Origin: the human T2T-CHM13v2.0 reference genome, Homo sapiens
Direction: 5' to 3' (one strand)
DNA length: 64,000 bases
NCBI RefSeq assembly: GCF_009914755.1
Contig: NC_060926.1
Shown here piece after piece: positions 24,901-37,217 of this stretch. The stretch's first letter is position 1; each line of letters starts with the position of its first letter. A program made the translations under genes and the position numbers. Under the pieces are notes generated by a model, which was not told where the DNA came from, did no database searches, and saw only the letters and a program-made list of their open reading frames with translations.

Positions 24901-25382
24901 AAAAAAATGCACACCCACCCATAGACACTCTTGCACCTACCCACATGCATTTTTTTTTTAAGTCTGAAGGAAAGACAACAAAATGTTGAAAGTGATTAGT
25001 TTTTGGGTAGGATTAGGGGTGATTTTATTTGATTTGTATCCTGTATTTTCCAACATCTCACCTACAAACATGTACTACTTTATAATCACAGAAAAAGACA
25101 CAACACATTCTTGAATTTAAAAAGAATGTAAAAATTAAAATAGTAGCCAATATTTTCTGAAGAGTGTTAATTTTGACAGAAAAAAAAATTCCTGAATTGT
25201 TTATTATACTTGTATGGTCTCTAAGTTATCCATAGTTTGCCAAGCCTGTTGGCTTACGGTAGAACCAAACCCAGACATTACTTCCCCCTCATGGCAGCTA
25301 CCCAAATTTCAGGACTAGTGTCTAAGAATGTGAAAACAAACATCTGAGTTCTCTTCCAAATCAACTTTACACTCTGACTGAA

Positions 25383-25680
25383 TTTTTTTTTTTTTTTTTT
25401 TTGAGACAGGGTCTCCCTGTCATCCAGGCTGGAGTGCAGTGGTGAGATCATAGCTCACTACAGCCTTCTGGGTTCAAGAGATTCTCCCGCTTTAGCCTCC
25501 TGAGTATCTGGGACTACAAGCATATGCCACCACATGAGCTAATTTTTAAATTTGTAGAGATTGGCAGGGTAGTTCTCCCTAAGTTGCTTAGGCTGGTCTT
25601 GAACTCCTGACATTAAGCAATCCTCCTCTCTTGGCCTCCCAAGGTACTGGGATTACAGGCATAAGCCACCATGCCTGGCT
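25383..25680 (-). mobile_element. AluJ
   Basis: Poly(T), gagacagggtctcc, diverged dimer. Confidence 0.9.
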
Positions 25681-26450
25681 TTTGGATTGAATTTCTGGAG
25701 AGTCAAATAGTTGTCTAAACATAGCCAGGGCCTTCTGGAACAGTCTCTGGTGACACATGCGTAAATGCTATGGGCAGGTGTGTATGTTACCACCTATGTG
25801 GAGAGCTGGTTTCTCCTATATTTTTCTCAGCACTTGGACAAGAATTTTCTAGAGGACTGGACTTTTCCATTTGTGGGTAGAAGTAAACGCTGGAGGGTAA
25901 CGAGCTATAGTAGAAGATGACCAGAACAGGAGTCTGATAATGGGGTTCTAGACCTGGCAAAATGAAGGCAGGAGCGCCAGACCTTCTTGCATTCCAGGAT
26001 TTCTTTAAGAATTGGATGAGATAACACTTGCAAAAGTGTCATGAAAGCTATAAAATGTTAACCCTGCAAAGAGTGTTATTACTTTTTAATAATAAGCCAG
26101 CCTGGATTTTTCATAATCTGAGAGTTAAGAACCCTACTGATTGGACAATACTACTGTGGCCAATTCTTGTGAAGAGGAGCAGCCTCTTTTGCTTTGTGGA
26201 GTCATTTTTTTTCTCAGTCATAATCATAGATGGCAGGACCAGGATTTGTGTCCACCTATCACTGGCCTTACCCTGCATGATCCTCCTTGCTCCCTAACCT
26301 CTGGCCATGCCTCAGATCTCTTGGTTCCAGGAATATTTGCTTGCCGCGGTGCTATCTCCACTTTGGGCCTTCATACGGTGCTTCCCTCTGCCGAAAACAT
26401 TCCCCCGTCCCCTGTCCCTTCAGCTCACTTCCTCAGCTGGCTTTCTGAAG

Positions 26451-26785
26451 CAGTGTTTCTCAAAGGGTGGTCCAGCATCACCTGGGAACTTGTTAGAGAT
26501 GCATATTCTGTGGCTCTTCTCCACCACCAGGGTCAGAAACTCTGGATGTGGAGTCCAGCAGTCTGTTTTACCAAGCCCTCCAGAAGATTCTGATGAATAC
26601 AAAAGTTCGAGAACCACCCCCCTAGAGCAATGATTCACAAACTTTTTTGCCTCTTTGGGAAGCTTAAAAACTGCTGGTGCTCAGAGCCATACTCCAGAAT
26701 TTCCAGGGAGAGGTGGGACCAGGAATCCATATTTGTAAATCTCTTCAGGTGATTCCAATGTGCAACCAAGTTGGAGAATCACCTC
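26451..26785. mobile_element. Two adjacent MER5A-like MITEs
   Basis: cagtgtttctcaaag...gttcgagaaccac, then cctagagcaatgattcacaaac...gttggagaatcac. Confidence 0.75.
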
Positions 26786-26820
26786 AGAGGCCTGATTTCC
26801 TTTGTCATGGGCTCCTATAG

Positions 26821-27198
<378 letters not shown>

Positions 27199-27433
27199 AC
27201 TGGATGTTGACAGAATGAATCACACTGTGCTTTGATTACAGGGTATGTTGGAAGGATTGATTTGAAAATACTAATACCAAAAAGATTTCCACATGACATT
27301 TTCCAAAATATGATTAGGAAAGTAGTATGGAAGATCATAGTAGTTTCACCGTATTCAGGATGAAGGAAGATTGAGCTTTATGGAGAGAGAAGTATGGAAG
27401 TGCAGGAACAATCCCCAGGGATCTCTGTGTGTA

Positions 27434-27435
<2 letters not shown>

Positions 27436-27490
<55 letters not shown>
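27436..27490. repeat. Long pure (TG)n microsatellite
   Basis: Seen directly. Confidence 0.97.
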
Positions 27491-27492
<2 letters not shown>

Positions 27493-27830
27493 ATAAAGCA
27501 GATCACACACAGGTGATCTCTGTGTGTGCCCAGTGTGTGTGTGTGATAAAGCAGGCGAACTCCAGATCCACAAATTTTTAAAATCTGAAACTGGACACAT
27601 TGTTTGCCCTGTTTTTCAGGGCAGACTTAATACCCAGAGATTCTCCTTTTACCATTAGGATTTATTTTTTTTTTAAGTATTAGCTGATGACTTTGGTTAA
27701 GTTCTTATTTGACTTAGAATGTCATTTGGAATTGAGGGATAAAACCCATGAAATGAAAATGTGGATATTAAAATGGAGCAGAAAATGGATTATTTGGTGC
27801 TGCTAAAAATTCATCTGTTTAGAGTAAAAC

Positions 27831-28132
27831 TTTTTTTTTTTTTTTTTTTGAGACAGAGTCCTGCTCTGTCACCCAGGTTGGAGTGCAGTGGGCACCATCT
27901 CAGCTCACTGCAACCTCTACCTTCTGTGTTCAAGCGATTCTCCTGCCTCTGCCTCCTGAGTAGCTGGGCTTACAGGCGCCCGCCACCACGCCCAGCTAAT
28001 TTTTGTATTTTTAGTAGAGATGGGGTTTCACCATATTGGTCAGGCTGGTCTCCAACTCCTGACCTTAGGCAATTCACTCACCTGGGCCTCCCAAAGTGCT
28101 GGGATTACAGGCATGAGCCACCGCGTCTGGCC
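27831..28132 (-). mobile_element. AluS
   Basis: Full dimer; TSD GTTTAGAGTA(A/T)AAC at 27817 and 28134. Confidence 0.94.
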
Positions 28133-28759
28133 CGTTTAGAGTATAACTTAGTAGGATGTTCTTTGGAAAAATTATCCAGAAGACACTCAAAAGTTAGGTA
28201 TTTTCTTTTTTTCCTTCTTTGCAATTTGTCAGCCATCAAGTGTAGTGTCTGGCACTCCATAAATGGATGAAGAAAACTAAGAGGTTTACTTGTGGTAATT
28301 CATTTTACAGTGTTATTAAATGCTTTGCTAGTTTGAAATGTTTCTGCTATAATAAATAATTTAAGACTTAAAGTCCTTTCTTTTCAATGTAGTTCCTTCT
28401 TAAGGTGTTTTTACTTGAAGGGTGTGCGTGTTTGCCCGTGCACACATGTGGGCATGTATGCTTATGAATGAAAATGATCATGAAATTATTGCTCTTTTAG
28501 TTCTTTGGAAAAATAAATCTTATGCATATATTTCTTAGGTATTTTAATTGCCTTTGTTATGTAAAGAAATCCCATTCATTCATCCATCCAGTAGGTCATT
28601 TCTTTCAACATTATATAGCCACATGCCAGGCCCTATGTTAGGCATGGGAGATATAATGGTGGACCTGATAGGCATGGTTCCTGTCCTCCTGTTGCTGTGT
28701 AGTGGTTTTAGCACTTGCGAAAGTCATCTATGAGATTCTTTTGCTTCCGGGTTCTTACA

Positions 28760-28999
<240 letters not shown>

Positions 29000-30462
29000 T
29001 GATGTGTGTGCGTATATTTTATTCTTGACATTAATTAGCATTTTTCTGCTACTCTTGGATGAACTTTCTAAACACGCTACCTTCCAACCTTATCAGTACA
29101 TTCAAACCAAGTGGACATCCCAGAATAAGGTGGTGATTCTATAGCAACACAAATTAAATGTCCATTCCCCAAAATGTCTCATTGGAGAGAACAAATAATA
29201 CACCACATAATTAATAGATTTAAAATCTTCATGGTACTTTAGCTTCATTAAAGATAGCAGCTCAAGCAAATTTAAAATTAATAGATTCTATCTAGTTCGC
29301 CTATTGTTATTTTTGAAGTCTGTTACAGAAGAGAAATTATGCAAATGGCTGTCAGGCTATTGCTGCTGCACTCACACTAGGAATGCATTATAATTTCTTT
29401 CTTAGAGGAAACACTTATCTGGAGCAGACCAGGCCCTCGGTTCGTTCGCAAGAGGTTGTCCCTTCCTTCAGATGGTCCATTTTGAGCTAATAAGTACTAT
29501 CAGGGTTGAGGTGGAGAGGCGGGGCTGTGGGGAAGGAAATTAGGATAAATTACTGGGGCCCAGTGGCTGAAAGGGCCTCGGGCAAATCCCTGGTGAAGAC
29601 AGTCTAGCCAGTCCTCCTCTGCTGGGGCATCTGGTATTTTTTTTCCCTTGGGCCTGGGCAGGCTGTCGGTCACCTTCCAGACTGTATAGCCTTTAACTCC
29701 TTGTTGCAATGGAATCCTGCTGGCCTTCTGATTTGCCTTTTCCTGCAAAAATCTGCCAAGACACTCTTTCTCAAAGAAAATTTCCTATGTTACTCTACTG
29801 TTTAAAAGCCTGGTGTGGCACCCTGTCACCTTTGAGGAAAAATTCCAGCCCCCCAGGCTGCCTGAAAGCTCTGCCTTCAACTGACTCTTGTATACAAATT
29901 CAACTTCATCTCTTGATTATTTTTATAATTCTTCTACTGGAACCAGGCTGATCTTTTTAACAACCTGTTAATTTTAATAACCTGTTCATTTATTTATTAA
30001 TTTATTCTGCAAGCAGATGGGATGATAAGTTCAGTCCAACTGTAGGAATCCATGATTCTACTAGCTATAATATGAGCAATTATTATGTGCAAATACTGTA
30101 GGAAATATAGGAAGATAGAACACATTATCCCCATTCTTAAGATTCTTATGACAGTAAATGGAAACACAAAGGCCATTACTGACTAGCGGGAGTAAGATCG
30201 CTGTCCTTTAAATCACCTTCTTCATATTTGCATTCTCTGTGTGCTGTTTCTTGGCTCTGGGTTTCTCTCCTGCCTCATCTACACTAATCCTTTTCACTTC
30301 TTCATTCAAAACTGTACCTAGATTTATCTGCTCCAGGAAGCATTCCCACTCAAGTCTTGGTCCTGGGTTGAACTGACTCCTCCTCAGAATTGATGGATAT
30401 AGCTTATCCAGTGTTATTGCACAGTCTTCAACTATTTCACATGGGCCTATGTGTCATGTTAG

Positions 30463-30897
<435 letters not shown>

Positions 30898-30999
30898 TGA
30901 ATAGTCACTGTTGAATAGTCACTGTTTCATTGCTTGGTAATTCAGATCAGAAACTCATGGTGTTTCCCCTGGGTTTATCTGCAGTTCAGAAAAGTGACC

Positions 31000-31335
31000 C
31001 TGACTACATGCTTTGATTATGCCCTTTGCTCACAAAAAGATGATTAGTTTTGATTGTGCAGCATTTGGAATGAAGGAATTTAATCTGGAATGAAGGAACT
31101 TTAAAAGGTTGGGGGAATATCACATTGGAACTGTTAAATGACATGCAAACAGGATCTGTGAGAATGGTTTTGATTCTGCTCTGTGTCCTGGTAGGAGACA
31201 CTAAATAGATCAGGCTCACTACCAATTAGCATCATCTTAATCTTGCCTAATAGTGAAGCAAAGTCACCAAGGATTTGGTGGATTTATCAGCTCCTCCCAC
31301 AATAGTCATCTGAGGCTAACACCTCTTGGAACCTA
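31000..31335 (+). promoter_or_regulatory. Putative CpG-poor MYO3B proximal promoter
   Basis: Repeat-free sequence directly upstream of exon 1, with CCAAT/CAATTAG at 31222-31229 and TAATCT at 31081 and 31238. Confidence 0.5.
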
Positions 31336-31477
31336 GATCGAAAGTCCTTTGGTAATGATGTGTCATACATTCTAGTCATCAAAGACACCATTTTCTGGGC
31401 CTGAAGTGTTCTGCTGGTTTTTGGAGGAATGAGAATCCAATCTCTCATAAGCCGGATTCAGAAAATAGGTCATCGAT
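31335..31477 (+). other. MYO3B: MYO3B exon 1 (5' UTR plus the first 2 nt 'AT' of the start codon); 5' boundary approximate
   Basis: Ends ...CATCGAT|GTGAGT with a strong donor at 31478. AT joins the first G of exon 2 to give ATG AAA CAT CTG = MKHL, the recognised MYO3B N-terminus. The TSS cannot be determined from sequence alone. Confidence 0.8.
31476..31477 (+). CDS. MYO3B: MYO3B coding part of exon 1 (split ATG)
   Basis: Phase-2 intron; exon 2 starts G-AAA-CAT. Confidence 0.8.
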
Positions 31478-31722
31478 GTGAGTTGCAGTTATTTTCCTTC
31501 CAGCTTTCTTCTGTGCTTGCTTTAGATTGTTTTTCTGCAAAGGGCAGATGCAGCTGCCCTGGCTGGTGGGCAGTGGAGGGGGATGACAGCCACTCTGGCT
31601 TTGGGCCTCTGTCTGACATCACCCAGATTCCTGGGTCCTCTCAGTTAGCATTTGCCTTTTGTCTGGGTGGTTAAATTTCTCTTGAAGGAGTAGGATAAAC
31701 ACCATCTTGAGTATTGCTTTTT

Positions 31723-31766
31723 ACACAGACACACACCACACACACACACACACACACATACACACA
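31723..31766. repeat. Imperfect (CA)n microsatellite, MYO3B intron 1
   Basis: Seen directly. Confidence 0.9.
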
Positions 31767-32269
31767 GCATAGTTCATAGTCACTTGATTTGCCACCTGCA
31801 GTTTATAATAGAATGGACCTGTGGGATTATAAACCACTTTATTTCTGCACAGAATTTCTCAGCTTGAGGCCAAATTGAAGGGCATTAGTCATCAGTAATT
31901 TGCAGATGTTTTTAATGTTTTTCACCCAAGAGAGGTTTCAGGCAGCTAAAGCTAAGATAAATTTCCTCATGCTTTGGTGGGGAAATGAAAAATCTGATCA
32001 TTTAGTTAATCATTTGTAAGAGCTGTGGGTATGTATTGTTCCTTAGTGACTGCAATATCATGACAGATTTGTTAATTTGGTAACATGACAATGTAAACAA
32101 TAGTAGATAAATTCCATTATGCCATGATTCTTTTCTTCCTCTCAATAATTTTGTATATTCAAGGTTTAAAATCCATAGAACATTAGAGATGGAACTTAGA
32201 GATCAACCTAGAGATCATTGGATTCCTCTACCAAGCTCTGTCAAATGCCAGTCCTGAGTGTCTCCCCTG

Positions 32270-32405
32270 GAGCATCAGGATAAATAGCTAATGCATGGGG
32301 GGCTTAATAGGTGCAGCCAACCCACCATAGCACATGTTTATCTGTGTAACAAACCTGCACGTCCTGCACATGTAACCTGGAACTTAAAATAAAATAAAAT
32401 TTAAA
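32270..32405 (+). mobile_element. Older L1PA 3' end, short
   Basis: aatagctaatgcatg...gtaacaaacctgcacgtcctgcacatgta...aacttaaaataaaataaaa. Confidence 0.85.
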
Positions 32406-32578
32406 GAAAGGAAAAGAGTACATAATCAGTGGAACCATAAAGGTCAGTTCTAGTGGGAAAATTAGGAAAGGCCTCCTAGAAGAGAAGACATTTGAGCTAT
32501 ACTTGAACAGGCCCTATCTAGCAGCATCCAGATAGGTGGTTTGTGAAGAAGCCAGTTCCTACTCTTACGTCTTTACCA

Positions 32579-32962
32579 TGGTTATGGTTTGAATGTCCCC
32601 TCCAAAGATCATGTTGAAATTTAATTGCCATTGTGAGAAGAAATGGGACCTTTAAGAGGTGACTAGGTCATGAGGGCTCTGCCCTTATGAATGGATTAAT
32701 GCTGTTATTGTGGGAGACGGCTCCTAGTAAAAGGATAGGTTCAGTCTCCTTTTTCTCTCTCTTGAGCTCTCACTCTCTTGCCCTGTCTCACTATGTGAGA
32801 CCTTCCACCACGTTATGATGCAGCAAGAAGGCCCTCACCAGATGTGGCCCCTTGATCTTGGACTTCCCAGCCTCCAGAACCATGAGCCAAATAAACTTCT
32901 ATTGTTTATAAATGATGCAGTCTGTGGTATTCTGTTACAGCAGCAGAAAATGGACTAACGCA
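32579..32962 (+). mobile_element. MST (MSTB-like) MaLR solo LTR
   Basis: tatggtttgaatgtcccctccaaa...ttggacttcccagcctccagaaccatgagccaaataaa...aaatggactaa. Confidence 0.88.
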
Positions 32963-33334
32963 ACTATTATGCACTTGCTTATGTATTGGTTTGGAATTAT
33001 TCTCTAATTTACTCACGCTTGTATGGTATGTGTTTCCTTATTCTGTGTATCTCTGGGTGTTATATTTAATATTTGTACAGATTTCCTCTGACATTTCACA
33101 GTTCAGGTTTCCGATTTCTTCTTTCTAAAATCTATTCTCTAGATTTGAAAGCATTCTATGATTTGTGATTCATATATACCATACTATAACATCTAGAAAA
33201 AATATTCTGAATAGCATACTGAGCAATGGAAATCTTCATCATGAATTTTCTAATGAGTATAAAATGTTGCTGGGCAAGTTTCTATTTAAATCATGCTCGC
33301 TAGGCTTGACTAACTGCAGACATTCACAGGGTGC

Positions 33335-33363
33335 ATGCTGCAGAGTGCTTTACTTTCAACAAG
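33335..33363 (+). CDS. MYO3B: Candidate alternative first coding exon of MYO3B (MLQSALLSTR...)
   Basis: ATG CTG CAG AGT GCT TTA CTT TCA ACA AG|GTAAGG: consensus donor, phase 2, in frame with exon 2. TATTTAAA lies at 33283-33290. Confidence 0.6.
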
Positions 33364-35794
33364 GTAAGGCTGTACCTCCGTTAGGGACTAATTCAGGGTA
33401 TTCAACAAGGGATCAGACTAGACCAATTTGGGGTTGTTAAGGAACTAAAACTAGCTCACGAGAAACTCAAATCAGCTCATGAAAAGAGGGGCTGCTTGGA
33501 AGAATGCAGTAGGAAATTTCATGGGTTACAAGGACAGACAGCAAAGCTTAGCAGGCCTCAGAGGGCCAAGATGTAGAATTCACAGTGAACCCACTCACTA
33601 ATCCTCTTTGTCTCACTCTCTCAAGCATGGTCCTTTCAGTTTCTTATTTCTCTGTTTTCTTTTTCTTCTCAGGATGAGCCTCTGTTTCATATGGTTTCTG
33701 CTATCCTCTGACTTCAGCACACATTTGGGTCATAATAGTCTCCTCTGTAGAGATCTCTTATATGTTTTTTTAAAAAATATTTATTTTAAAAAGTAGAATA
33801 ACATATGCACTAGCAAAAAACATGACTAAAAATGTGTAATAATTTTAAAAAGCATATAAATTTCTCTCTTTTCCAAACTCTCTGATTTTTACCACCTCTC
33901 CCTAAAGTTTAAGAGTTTCCTGTGTAGCCTTCTGGAAAAATGTATATAAGGATATACACATACATAGAGACATACACACAAATATACACATAAAATGACT
34001 AGAAATGCAAATATTCTTTGTATTTACACAAAAATTGTCCTCTCTATACACTATTCAACACTTTTAAAACAAATCTTAATTGTATATTTGGCATTCTTTC
34101 CATATTAATTGGCAGAAAATTTACCTTTTTTCTTTTTGGTGGTTACCTGTGGCTACATTGTATTTAATTTTATGTAACTATTATGATTTATTAGATAATC
34201 TCTCCATGATGATGGGCCTCTAGGTTGTACCTGGTTTTCTACTGAAAATAATACTATAGTGAACAATCTTGTATGTCTATCTACTTCAAGTTTAATAGAG
34301 TTTTAGCTCTTACATCTGTTTAATGATTAAAGTTAATTTTTATATGTGGTGTAAGGATAAAGATTCTTTTTTTCTTTTTGCATATTGCTCTACAATTGTT
34401 TTAGCACTGTTGAAAAGTTTTCCTTTCTAGTATGTAGAAATATAATTGAATTTAAAATATTGACCTTGTTTGTATCCTGTAATTCTGATAAACTCACTAA
34501 TTAGTTCTAGTAATGTTTTTATAAATTCCATCAGTTTTTTAAATAGATAATCATGTAATCTTCAAATTAAGCCCATTTTACTTCTTCCCTTCTAATCTGG
34601 ATTTTTAAATTTTCTTTTTCTTGACTTATTATTCTGGCTTCACCACAGTATTCAATATAAATGATGAGAGCAGACATCCTTGGCTTCTGATCTTAAGGTG
34701 AAAGCATTCTGTTTTTCACCATTAAGTGTGGTGTTAACTTCAGGTTTTTCCTAGATTCCTGTATCAGATGAAGAAGTTCCTTTCACTTTCTAGTCTGTTG
34801 AGAGATTTTTGTTGTTGTTTTTAAATTTTGAATAAATGTTGAATTTTTTGTGAATGCTTTTTCTGCATCGATCGAGATGATGGTTTTTCTTTTATGTTCT
34901 GTTAATATAAATCTAAGTGTGCTTCTTTTGATTATATATGTAAAGTAAATGCCTACCCGTAGAATTACAGAGACAAAGGGAATGGGCATTTGGTAGATTT
35001 TGACTAATAATTCCTCACAAAGATTGTTTACGCTTTCGCTCATGTTGTCTCAGAGTGCTTATTTCTCTTAACACTATTATCAAACTTCTAAAAATCTTGA
35101 CAGTGTGATAGGAGACAAATGGTATCTCATTAGTTTGATTTGCCGTTTAAAATTTACTAGTGAGATTTAGCATCTTTTATACATTTAAATTTTTTGAGTC
35201 TTTTTCTTTTTTATTGTATATACTCTTGATAGAAAATTAGCTCCTGATGCAAACCTTCTTTTCTATTTATTTTTTGGAAAAATGTTAGTACTTACAACAA
35301 TTCTTTTGGTTGTAGAGACCTTTTTACTTGTATGCAATTATGTTTATCAATTTTTTTCTTAGGGCTTGTGAGTTTTCTATTCTACTTGAAAATATTTCTT
35401 GCCTACACCAAGACTATAATGTATTTAGCTATATTTTTTTAAAAAATTTTGAGCCACCATACTCTATTTTGGAGAAAGGAATGAGGTAGCAATCTGGCTT
35501 AACTTTTTTTCTGAACAGCCAGCAAGTTAAGCCAGCATAATTTATTGAACAGTATTATTTAGTCCATCTTTTGCCTATTGATTTGTAATGTGATTTTTAT
35601 CATAAACCCTATTTCTTTGTGTATTTGAGTCTACTATTGGTTTCTAGTCTAACGATCTGACTACTTATTTCTACCCCTGTGGCATAATGTTTTAATTACT
35701 CTAGCAGTATAACATGTTTTAGTGTCTGGTCAAATTATGTTCACTAATTATTCTTTTTTAAAATTTTCATGTTATGTGTTTTTCTTTTTCTGTT

Positions 35795-36092
35795 TCTTTT
35801 TTTTTTTTTTTTTGAGACTGAGTTTCACTCCATTGCCCAAGGTGGAGTGCAGTGGCGTGATCTCAGCTGTCTGCAACCTACGCCTCCCAGGTTTATGTTA
35901 TTCTCCTGCCTCAGCCTCCTGAGTAGCTGGGATTACAGGCACCTGCACCACACCCGGCTAAGTTTTCTGTTTTTAGTAGAGACGAGGTTTCACCATGTTG
36001 GCCTGGCTGGTCAAACTCCTGACCTCAAGTGATCTGTCTGCCTTGGCCTCCCAAAGTGCTGGGATTACAGGTGTGAGCCACTGTGACCAGCC
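35795..36092 (-). mobile_element. AluS
   Basis: Antisense full dimer. Confidence 0.93.
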
Positions 36093-36158
36093 CTCATGTG
36101 TTTAATTTTCTAATGAAGTTTAATATCATTTTGTCAAATTCTTAAAAAAAAACAAAGC

Positions 36159-36452
<294 letters not shown>

Positions 36453-37217
36453 TTATTTACTTTCAGACTAAATTTAGGAAGAATTGACATCTTCACAGTA
36501 AGGTTTTCTATCCAAGCATAAGGTATATGGTTTTGCATTTTTTTGGTCTCTTTTCATTTAATCCATTGATTTTAAGATTTTACTTTTATACATTCTGATC
36601 TGTTCTCGTTAGGTTTAGCTTTGGGCATTTTACTCTCTTTAATTCCTATTAAAATGCTATTTTCTTTCTGGCTGATTACTTTTAACATATAGAAAAATAT
36701 ATTTTGAAATTGCTTGATTTCTAGATGCTAATTTTATACTCAGCTCCTCAATGAATCAACTTAATTTTTTTCATTGTTAAACTTTGATTTTCCAGGAATA
36801 AATCATTCCACTATTTATTTTATATTCACCATCTTCCCAGTGTTTATTTCTATTTTTTTTTGTCTAATCACAGTGGCTAATACTTCAAAAACAATGCAAA
36901 ATTTTATAGTGTTTGTGACAGATACTTGTCTTTTTTCTTGATTTTTATTAGCAATGGTTGTAGAAATCCATTATTAACTAAGATGTTGACTTTTGGTTTG
37001 AGAGATATGTTTCTGTGCTGTTTAAATGCTAGAAAGGAATTAACCCATTTGAATTTTTTAATGTTCTAAAAATTAAAACAGATATTAAAACTTACCAGAT
37101 TCATTTTGTATTTCCATTTTTAATGGTGTTTTATACTTTGATATATTAATGGGAAAATCATAGTAATATATTCCCTAATGTTGCGTTATCTTTGCTAAAT
37201 TCTAATAGCTGATTTTT

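Noticed and set aside
27761-28270. 169-aa ORF and similar ORFs at 17762-18272, 30390-30900, 35722-36032 and 47357-47725
   Set aside because: Alu-derived reading frames.
29340-29700. GC box (GAGGCGGGGC) in a repeat-free stretch as a possible extra promoter
   Set aside because: A single motif with no CpG island or clear exon is insufficient support.
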